From the NCBI GenBank assembly GCA_043228905.1, contig JBHGNT010000005.1, forward strand, positions 22,506,001 through 22,570,000: a stretch of DNA of 64,000 nucleotides, in the 5' to 3' direction. Shown one piece after another: positions 36,801 through 46,639 of this stretch. Each line of letters starts with the position of its first letter. Positions within the stretch are counted from its first letter, which is position 1. The translations under genes were made by a program, and so were the position numbers. The DNA is from Azolla caroliniana. Taxonomy: Eukaryota; Plantae; Polypodiophyta. The notes under the pieces are model-generated. The model saw only the letters and a list, made by a program, of their open reading frames with translations. It was not told the DNA's origin and did not search any database.

Positions 36801-37886
36801 GTTAAAAAAGTAATTCATTTCTTTATTTCCGATGATAAGAAGCATGATACCTTGTTCGTCCAACACTGTTTTAAGTTACATTGGCAGTGGTTATTAGCTC
36901 AACGTTTGGAGCTTACTCAACATTGGGTCTGGTCTGATGGAGTTGCGTCACAATTCAAGGCTCGACGTCCATTTTATTTTGTGGGGAGGTATCCTGCTAT
37001 AACAGGTTTGGAGATGAGATGGAATTTTTTTGGGTCTGGCCATGGTAAAGGTGAACATGATGGTGCAGGGGCTGTTATAAAGCGGGCACTTACCCATGAA
37101 TAACTAAAGACAGATGGTGTGCACATGAATTGTGCATCACATGTAGTTGAATTTTTAAGAACAAATATGTCGACGAGTGCCACAGGTGTTTATTCCTCGC
37201 AAGTTCGAGATATCAAACGTGAATTTTGGGAAGTGAAGATAGATGAAGTAAATAGGGAGAAGACCTGGGAGTGCCAAGGAATTCCCGAATTGCGATCTCT
37301 GCATGCTGTTCGCGGTTATTCCAGGTTGAATGGTCATTGTATTGCGGTTAGAGAATTGACTTGTTTTTGCTTCCATTGTGTGCAGGGAAATTGGAGATAT
37401 TGTCTAAACAAAGCATACATTCAGAATTGGGAGTATCACACTCTGAATGATAAGGAAGCAGTTGATGGAGAAACAGGGCAGAATGCTGACTTCACATATG
37501 AGGGACTTGGAGATACTTTGAGTGATGTCCTGAACGTTGGGGATAACTTCGCTGTAAATGTTGAAGAAGGCAATTCAGAGGGTGCTGATTTCTATATATT
37601 AAAGTGCACGGTTAGTAAATAGTGTGCAAGGCAGAATATTGTAGATGCATGGGGAAATTTTGTATCTGCCGGGACATTCTACATCGAAGGCATTTTTTAT
37701 GCAAAACTAGATGACTACGAATATGTGTACAGGCTGTTAGAAGACAAACCAGCGGCGTATATGTACTCTCATTTGGTCAGATGCATCAACGTCCCAATGT
37801 CAGAATACAATAGCTGCTCCGGTTTATACACTGTTGGTGCTAATGTGTATGAATGTATTTACAATAGTATGCCATGGAATTTGTAG
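33839..37886 (+). pseudogene. Spliced Sola2-type DDD transposase (exons 33839-34588 and 36045-37886, ~863 codons, 3 premature stops)
   Basis: Phase-0 GT..AG intron joins the ORFs in frame; motifs CCCIYH, VDFAENY, QSMHW, WSDG.ASQFK, HGKGEHDGAGAVIKR; in-frame stops at 36357, 37101, 37620. Confidence 0.85.
34630..36030. repeat. ~20-bp minisatellite built on the palindrome AGCTAATTAGCT, filling the transposase intron
   Basis: GATAGCTAATTAGCTACCAT-type units repeated dozens of times. Confidence 0.95.
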
Positions 37887-38358
37887 CTACAAGTAGCACT
37901 TACCATGTTCTCTTGTAAAACAAACATGTATTTCGCGAAAACAGATCAATAAATTCGTTTGGAATCAATTTCTTGTATACAGTCTGCTTTCTGTGCTTCT
38001 TTCTCAATAAAATCATGTCTTTTTTGTTAAGTTTTAAGTTATAAGTTATAGCGAAATAGTCATCAGTAGCTAATTAGCTGTACAAATGCAGCTAATTAGT
38101 TGTACAAATGTATTTACAATAGTATGCCATGGAATTTGTAGCTACAAGTAGCACTTACCATGTTCTCTTGTAAAACAAACATGTATTTCGCGAAAACAGA
38201 TCAATAAATTCGTTTGGAATCAATTTCTTGTATACAGTCTGCTTTCTGTGCTTCTTTCTCAATAAAATCATGTCTTTTTTGTTAAGTTTTAAGTTATAAG
38301 TTATAGCGAAATAGTCATCAGTAGCTAATTAGCTGTACAAATGCAGCTAATTAGCTGT
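37852..38358. repeat. ~255-bp tandem duplication covering the transposase stop and 3' UTR
   Basis: AATGTATTTACAATAGTATGCC begins at 37852 and again at 38107. Confidence 0.9.
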
Positions 38359-38488
38359 CAATAGCTAAATAGTCATCAATAGAATGAAATCAACAATCTG
38401 CAACATATTCCTCAAATTACACAGTAGATAAGTACAGTGGGAACAAGTAATTAAATTCTTCATTGAATAATGTCATCTCTTTACATAT

Positions 38489-39543
38489 TTATAAATTACC
38501 ATTGGAAATGTCTACAAATCTCCTATAAACAGCTAAGCTCTTGCTCGTTAGTGGAACGAGTCTACATATATTATCCGCATATTGAGCTCGGTATGGAGTC
38601 CACAACCATGCACCTAGTTGGCAGCTCACTGTTTGCACCAGGTACTGTTCAGGCATTTCCTCGGGTAGAATGAGACAGCATCTCCGAATATTGAAGTAGT
38701 GTCGGAAATGTTCTGTATCCAAAATCAATGTATTGTCAGCATTATATTCAGGCCAAGTAGCCCAAAAATCAGAAAGCCTCTTGAATCTTGCAGCTTCCAT
38801 CTGCTCACAATTTTCTCGTGCCCATTGACCTTTAAAACGACTTCGCCATTTTGGGAAGAATCTTGCCAAACACTTCCACACATCTAATTTTGGTTTTTCA
38901 CTCCAAATAAACAAATCGAAGTACTCCACAGCCCACTCTAGAAACTGATTTGCGTCCCTCCTTGGCTGCATATATCTCACACTCATCAAGACTTTATCCA
39001 GCTCCAAGATCAAGGCTCTTCGCTCGACTTCTAGTGGTTTAGGTTTCCATTCCAGAAACTGAGCCGCTGTTACACCATTTTCTGGTAGGATACGATCAAT
39101 CTCAATCAGCTCAGGTTCGGCTGACACAACTGGTGTCCTTTTCCTCTTTAAACCCCTAGTCGACTGTGTTGGGCCTAGCTTCACATTCTGGTGCTCTTGT
39201 TTTGTCGACTTAGTTATCAATCCTTGGATTACCTCAGTGCATGTAGCTACTGTTCTGCTCGATATCAGTCCACTGGTATCACATGCTGCATCTACCTGCA
39301 ACACCAAGTCATCCGTGCTACATGCTGCATCTACCTGCAACACCAAGTCATCCGTGCTACATGCTGCATCTACCTGCAACACCAAGTCATCCGTGCTACA
39401 TGCTTGATCAACTTGTGTGACCAGATCACTTGTGTCAGTTGCTACATCTACTTTCAAGATGGGGCCCTTTAAACATGCCGCAACATCAACAGTATCCACA
39501 CTGCCATTGGCCTTACGAGCAATAGAATCAAACCCTTTAGACT
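38489..39543 (-). CDS. FCP1/NIF (HAD-family) phosphatase-like ORF, probably catalytically dead, preceded by 13-aa repeats
   Basis: RRALILELDKVL (DLDxTL-like), FLEWAVEYFDLFIWS, FKRLSDFW..YNADNTLILD; STDDLVLQVDAAC x3; NLS-like LKRKR; candidate acceptor TTGCAG at 39544-39549. Confidence 0.65.
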
Positions 39544-39792
39544 CTGCAACATCAGAAAACACCAACATATTCACACTCACAAAGTAACTACTAGTCTCAC
39601 AAAACAATATCCTGAACATCAAAGAGTTTCAGTCATAGAACAACACTCTTCAAATTATCTTGGAAAAACATCATAGAGTTCCATTACATAATGTGGATCA
39701 AGCAACAACCAATCTGAGGTTTTACTTGTCCAACAGGATAGTAAAACTTCATAAAACCCTAGCAAAATCCCTAAGCTAACAATCATATCCAA

Positions 39793-42700
39793 CTAAACAG
39801 TATTTCGCTCCACTACGTCTGGGCCCCTTGACCGAGTAACTGGTCTTGTTCCCGATCGTGGCCCCTTCTTCAGCCTTTTTCTGGTTGGTTCCCCATTTAG
39901 CCTTGCTTCTAGGACCCAATGCGCAAGTGTGTCCTCCTCCGACAACCTTCCCATCGCCTCAGCAGCTAATTGCACATCAGCCGTTTCTTGAACTAGCTTT
40001 TCAAGTACAGAGGGATCTGTTTGGACATTTTCAGTAGTTGGGCTCGGTGGGGTGGAATCAAGGTCTTGAGACTCGAAGAAATGTTGCATCAAGTGTTCAT
40101 AAACACTGTTGTTGTGAACCTCAGTTTTACATGTTGTTTCCACTATTTCATGGCATTTCACATCGTTGCCTAATTCAGTACACTGTTCCAAAAGAATAGG
40201 GTGCAGCTGATCTGAAGGAGATGTGATAGCAGGACTCTTACTTTCAGCCACATTGGCAGTAGTATCCTCATCTGTTGCAGCATCATCAGCACCAGACACA
40301 TCATGTGCCGTCCTTAATCCACAAGATTCTACAATAACATGACAGTTATTTAGGATAGCTAATTAACTACTTTACTAAACTATGGTAGAAGCTAGGATAG
40401 CTAATTAGCTAGTACGATAGCTAATTAGCTAGTATGATAGCTAATTAGGTACTTTACTCAACTATGGTAGTAGTTAGGATAGCTAATTAGGTACTTTACT
40501 CAACTATGGTAGTAGTTAGGATAGCTTATTAGCTACTAGGACAGCTAATTAGCTGCCAGTAGCTAATTAGCTACTAGGATAGCTAATTAGCTGCCAGTAG
40601 CTAATTAGCTGCCAATAGCTAATTAGCTACTAGGATAGCTTATTAGCTACTTTACACAACTATGGCAGTAGCTACTAGGATAGCTAATTCGCTAGGATAG
40701 CTAATTCGCTAGTAGGATAGCTAATTAGTTGCCAGCAGCTAATTAGCTAGTAGGATAGCTAATTAGCTACTAGGATAGCTAATTAGTTGCCAGTAGCTAA
40801 TTAGCTAGTAGGATAGCTAATTAGGTACTTTACTCAACTATGGTAGTAGCTAATTAGCTAGTAGGATAGCTAATTAGGTACTTTACTCAACTATGGTAGT
40901 AGCTAATTAGTTAGTAGGATAGCTAATTAGCAGCTAATTAGCTGCTAGTAGCTAATTAGCTACTAGGATAGCTTATTAGCTACTTTACACAACTATGGCA
41001 GTAGCTAATTAGTTACTAGGATAGCTAATTAGTTGCCAGTGGCTAATTAGCTAGTAGGATACCTAATTAGCTTTTTTACACAACTATAGTACTAGCTAAT
41101 TAGCTAGTACCATAGCTAATTACCTACTAGGATAGCTAATTAGCTAGTAGGATAGCTTATTAGCTACTTTACACAACTATAGTAGTAGCTAGGATAGCTA
41201 ATTAGCTACTATGGTAGCTAATTAGCTACTTTACTCAACTATGGTAGTAGCTAGGATAGCTAATTAGCTACTTTACTAACTATGGTAGTAGCTAGGATAG
41301 CTAATTAGCTACTTTACTAACTATGGTGGTAGCTAGGATAGCTAATTAGCTACAATGAAAGCTAATTAGCTACTTTCTCAACTATGTAGTAGCTAGGATA
41401 GCTTATTAGCTACTAGGACAGCTAATTAGCTGCCAGTAGCTAATTAGCTACTAGGATAGCTAATTAGCTGCCAGTAGCTAATTAGCTACTAGGATAGCTT
41501 ATTAGCTACTTTACACAACTATGTCAGTAGCTAATTAGCTACTATGATAGCTAATTAGCTAGTAGGATAGCTAATTAGTTGCCAGTAGCTAATTAGCTAG
41601 TAGGATAGCTAATTAGCTTTTTTACACAACTATGCTACTAGCTAATTAGCTAGTACCATAGCTAACTAGCTACTAGGATAGCTTATTAGCTACTTTACAC
41701 AACTATGTCAGTAGCTAATTAGCTACTATGATAGCTAATTAGCTAGTACGATAGCTAATTAGCTAGTACGATAGCTAATTAGTTGCCAATAGCTAATTAG
41801 CTAGTAGGATAGCTAATTAGCTTTTTTACACAACTATGGTACTAGCTAATTAGCTAGTACCATAGCTAACTAGCTACTAGGATAGCTTATTAGCTACTTT
41901 ACACAACTATGGCAGTAGCTAATTAGTTACTAGGATAGCTAATTAGTTGCCAGTGGCTAATTAGCTAGTAGGATAGCTATTTAGCTTTTTTACACAACTA
42001 TGGTACTAGCTAATTAGCTAGTACCATAGCTAATTAGCTACTAGGATAGCTAATTAGCTAGTAGCTCATTAGCTGCCAGTAGCTAATTAGCTAGTAGGAT
42101 AGCTAATTAGAAAAGACTAAGCTTATTAGCTACAGTATGGTATACCTGTTTGTTTTCTCCACTCATTTGGTAGAGTTGTACTGCAATCTCCCAAACAGAA
42201 TGCAGCAATTCGACAGGCATGTTGAAAACAAAGCAGATGGTATGTGTGGTTGCATGGTTGTAGGTGAACCAACAAAGACGCAGTTTTGTCCTCCACACCT
42301 AACCCGCAAGCGATGCAACGTGCTTGAACTGTCAATAAATCATTTTCTGGTTCTACTTCATTTGGTAAGGGAGCAAGAATGTTCAGGTCCAAATCCTGTC
42401 TGGTCCTTACCATTCCCTCCACAAAATGTAGCTTCTTCTTAAGGCAGCTAACTACCTGTTCTTGATGAATGTATTGTTCCTTCAACGCAACAGAGAAATT
42501 TACCGATTAATTATTCTTGTTGTTGAAAGATACACCAACTTTGCTCAGGAATCGTTAACTTACTTGAAGCTTATCCAAATTGTAATCTGCAACAGTATTT
42601 ACACCTAGAAGGTCCAGGTTCATTGAAAGAACCTGGATCTCTATTTGCAGTTCTATTTTACGCTGGGGATCCAGTGGCCCCTCTAATTCAAGCTCCTGTT

Positions 42701-43974
42701 GCGCAACCTATTCCAGATAATGCTTGATTAGCACATTTTACCCGTTATTTATAACACAATCACATACCAGCAAAACAATAGTTACCTGAATCTTATTTCT
42801 AATTGTTGTAACAGCAGAAGTAACTTTGCTCTCCATTGCAGAAGCCATTGTGGCTTTCTCTAAATCAGTCTTAAAAAATGCCAATGTCTCACAGGCTTCA
42901 TGGACATTTTTTAGCATATAGCTAACCAATGTCTCACCTGTATCATCGACATTGGCTTTCCTTGGGTGTCGGTGTGGTGTATGCCCCCGGTCTTGCTGGG
43001 AGTCGGCAGTTGCATCAACAGCTGCCATGCTCCAAAATCTGTCTATTTTTTGTGCCAAGGTCCCCATCTTTCGGCATCTTTTTACCGATGCCTCACCATA
43101 GACTGCCCAAGCTACCCTATACATTTCAGGGTCTCTAGATTCCTTCGCTGTTTTGCAGTACTCATATGCAAATGCTCTAGCAAATGAAACTGACAACTCA
43201 TTGTTGACTGGGATCTCCTGATGAACTTTCTGGTGCAGTCTCATGCAGTCATCGTACAAGTCGGCTCGTACATGCTTCAGCTTGACCTTGCCTTTGACTC
43301 TAGGCACTGTATATACTGTCATCCAGTCTATATCACTGATCAATTTATCACTTAGGACAGCAGGGTCAACACCCTCGAGTGACAGACCATAGGTGTTGTG
43401 GAAGTCCTCCTTTGTCTCGCAAAATTTTGCGAAGTTTAGCACTCTCGTATACGGAGGAACGAGCCATCTGAAATATCATTTCAGAAATCAGAAATAGTGC
43501 AAAATCAAAATATGTGAGAATCAAAAACCCCAATCAACAACAACAAAAATGGTGCAAAATCTTTAACTTAACCTAATCAAAATCTGTAATCAGAAGTTTG
43601 AAATCAGAAACCCTAATCAAAATCTGTAATCAGAAGTTTGTAACCAGAAACCTTATTCAGAAATTCTAATCAGAAATTTATAATCAAAAACCCTAATCAG
43701 AAATTTCAATCAGAAACCCTAATAAAAAATTTCAATCACAAACCCTAATCAGAAATCCTAAGCAGAAATTTATAAACAAAAACCCTATTCAGAAATTCTA
43801 ATTTGTAATCAAAATTTGTAACCAGAAACCCTATTCAGAAATTCTAATCAGAAATTTATAGTCAAAAACCCTAATCAGAAATTTCAATCACAAACCCTAA
43901 TCACTAAAGACAGGATTAAACACAAAAAAAGTAATATAAACACACCTGTTGCTACTCCCCGATTTGCGAGACAT
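39793..43974 (-). CDS. Five-exon cargo gene of the Sola2-like element (~574 aa): unknown N-terminal domain, coiled-coil-like segment, RING-H2-like finger, acidic then basic tail
   Basis: Exons 43974-43946, 43467-42786, 42707-42564, 42479-42146, 40328-39793; all introns GT..AG with matching phases (2,0,0,1); total 1725 nt; C-x2-C-x17-C-x-H-x2-H-x2-C-x10-C-x3-C at 42183-42317. Confidence 0.75.
40350..42130. repeat. AGCTAATTAGCT palindrome minisatellite filling intron 4 of the cargo gene
   Basis: Dense palindromes with higher-order variants (TTTACACAACTATGG spacers). Confidence 0.95.
43570..43905. repeat. ~21-bp degenerate repeat containing telo-box AAACCCTAA in intron 1 of the cargo gene
   Basis: AAACCCTAATCAGAAATTT recurring. 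Confidence 0.75.
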
Positions 43975-45614
43975 CCTTGTATGGGACTCCAAGGACTTCG
44001 CCCTATTCGATTTTGGGGAAATATGAATCGGCACCAAAGTTCAGACAGTAGTCAAAAAGAAAAAACAAATGTTTGGGGTTTCTGTAACTGAAACATACCT
44101 GGACGATGATCGAGCGGGTTCTGTGTTGTAGCTCTCAATCTGCAATGTCAATTTTTTGCTGTTGCGGGAGCTACGTCTGCGTTCGTGCTCTGAGTACTCC
44201 ATCTGCGTTCAAAATCAGACTTAGGCTAAACAGGAAATTGATGACATTGAAGTCGACCTTAGATGATGGTGATATTCCCCAAGTTCCACTACGTCTGAAA
44301 CAGAAGTTCAAATATTTGAGTTTTTTCATAAATTAGTTTTTCAAATATTTGATTTTCCCACAAGAAAGACTAGCTAAACAAATAGCTAATTAGCTATGGC
44401 CATTTTAGTAGCTAATTAGCTATAATAGTGTTTCCACTCGCATGCTTTTACCCTTTCCCATGTTTCGGTGAGGCCACTCTCGGTGGTCGTGTCCTCCAAA
44501 AGCACTCGAAGATCTTTCCGGTACCGGATGTCCACGACTCATAGGAACATGATCACTTTGTCCGGTGCGAGGATAGCTTGATCTCTCGCAGACAACCCCC
44601 CGAACCGACTTTCGAATGACGAAAACACATCGAGGACCTTCATCCCTTATCTGGTGTTTCCACCCAATCTTCGAATCCCCTCTTTGTTGCCTTGGAGGAG
44701 TTCTTGATGGCGAACGTGGTCTTTAGCGCCTCTTCAAATGCCTCCCACGTCGGATATTGTTGCCGTATCCCGTGGATACTCCCTTGAAGCCCGTCGGTCG
44801 CCACCCGGTTGAAGGATGTCACTTGCAGTCCTTCCGAAATCCCGCACCATAGCATTTCCGCCTTGTAATCTCGCAAATACTGCGACACATCTTTTCTATT
44901 GAATTGCCCGTTCCATTGCACGAGCCGCTCTACTGCCACCGCAATCTTCGACATCGCACGTTGTTCTTGTAGCATCCACTTGAACATCCCCATCATGTTG
45001 TTAGCCTCTGGTTGAATTTCCATCTCCTTGCCACCCGGTTTCATGTCGGGTTCACCACTTGTGTCGTGCCTTTCGGCTCCGGATCGTTGCGTGAGTCGGG
45101 TGGGAACCACTTAGGTTTTGGACTAGGAGAAAGAAGAATACAATATAAGGCTAGTTATGAATAGGTAGAAACAGAGAAGTAAGAAATAAAAACTTATGAC
45201 TCCCGCGTGTTAAGTGTATTTAATCAATATTTAGATTGTAAGAAAGAGAATTTTTATGATAAACTCGTGAATCCCACGAATATATTAGATTGATCAATCC
45301 TTGTAAAATAATCAACAACATCATACATCCTTCTCTCCTCCGTATATAAGGATGGAAGAGGCTAAGCATAACTTCATGTTTTTTCTAAAGTGTTCATGCA
45401 CACTAAATGTGCATGAGTTGCTTTTTACACTATGCTTTTATTTCCTAAATATAGTGCTCATGCTCGCTAGATGTGCACGAGTAATTTTTTATTGGTGTAC
45501 ATTTTTCTTATAAATAAAGTATTCACGCATTCTAAAAATGCATGACTTACCTTTTAATAAAGGTAGGCATAAATAAAGTTCTTATACGTATTAAATCTAT
45601 ATTTAAAACATTTA

Positions 45615-45687
45615 CGATAAGTTAGTACAATGGTAAGGTTGGGGTTTGTCTACGTAGAGGTACAGGGTTTGAATCCTGCCCTATGCA
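45615..45687 (+). other. tRNA-like segment (A-box and B-box) inside the C-subfamily LTR; homologue at ~29095-29165
   Basis: TAGTACAATGGTAAG ... CAGGGTTTGAATCCTGCCCTATGCA versus TACTATAATGATAAG ... CAAGGTTCGAATCTTGCCCTATGCA. Confidence 0.45.
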
Positions 45688-46639
45688 TGTAACAATATTT
45701 TCTTCTATTTATAAATTTATCTCTTCATCCGGTGAGAGACTCTCACCGGCCTTCTTTATCCGACTCTTGCCAGTTCCGCTTGATCCGGTTCTTATTGGGT
45801 CTCCTTACCAGGTCCTCCTTACCGGTTCCTCCTTCATTCGGTTCTCACCGGTCCTCCTTACCAGCTCCTCCTTGTCCCATACAGAGGAACCAAAATGCAA
45901 TTTTCACGTAGTGTGTGAATTACACTATGACAACGTAAGAGGATACCTCAGGTTATTCATACACGATAGGGAGAGATAGGTTACTTAACAATTATTGAAA
46001 GGGAACAATGACACAAAATAGACCCAACACTGTTTGGATTACGGAAATGAGTGGTGATTACAGTTACACGGCTATCTGCCGGAATGTATCAGATAAACTG
46101 GAGTAGGATTAATTACGTAGTCACCTCAAACTTCTCTCCTATATGTCTCCCCCTTCTTCCTTTGATATGTTGCGCTCCTTATATAGATATTCCTTGCCGC
46201 GCTCCTCCTTCCACGTTTTCGGTTGTGTTTTTTTTGGCTGCTTTTGATTTCTTTCGGTTGTTTACCTACTGCTACCTAATTCCTATTGCGATTCTCATAT
46301 GGTACTATTTTGACCCCCGGACAACACACAACCCTAGCCAATTGCATTACAACGCAGTAAAGCATGTGTTCAGATATCTGGTGGGCAGAAAAGACCTTGG
46401 GATTCTATTTGGCCCAAACGACACCTTATTCGTAGTCGGCTATACCGGCTCGAACTTTGCCAGATGTGTGGACAATAAAAAATTGACAATCGGATACTGC
46501 TTTAAGTTAGGCAATGGAGCAATCTCGTGGAAATCAAAACTTCAGGACTGTATTGCCACATCAACGACCGAGGTCGAATACGTAGCTACGTCTGATGCGG
46601 GAAAAGAGGCCTTATGGCTCAGTAGGTTGGCTTGCATGT

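Larger units (their letters stand above)
32416..44453 (+). mobile_element. Sola2-like cut-and-paste DNA transposon (12.0 kb) with cargo gene(s)
   Basis: TIRs GGGT(G/A)AAAGCATGCGAGTGGAAACA (25 bp, 1 mismatch); 4-bp TSD TTTC; removal restores gag codons TWESVSD; DDD transposase motifs. Confidence 0.88.
26835..45932 (-). mobile_element. Decayed Gypsy element C (same lineage as B): 3' LTR remnant 26835-26933, pol ~26990-30949, gag-PR split by the DNA transposon, 5' LTR ~45062-45932
   Basis: Integrase, RNase H and RT fragments homologous to B; IDHGSDINLM protease; PBS TGGTGAACCCGAC ~45040-45057; PPT ~26934-26950; ACGT follows the LTR. Confidence 0.88.

Noticed and set aside
43570-43905. Interstitial telomere array
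   Set aside because: Isolated AAACCCTA motifs in a longer unit, not contiguous (TTTAGGG)n
38489-43974. Host gene interrupted by TEs
   Set aside because: Lies wholly within TIRs and a TSD that interrupt a Gypsy gag, so it is transposon cargo
46051-46330. Hydrophobic N-terminal half of ORF 46051-46647 as an env-like or membrane protein
   Set aside because: T/C-rich unassigned flank fortuitously in frame with a Copia RNase H remnant
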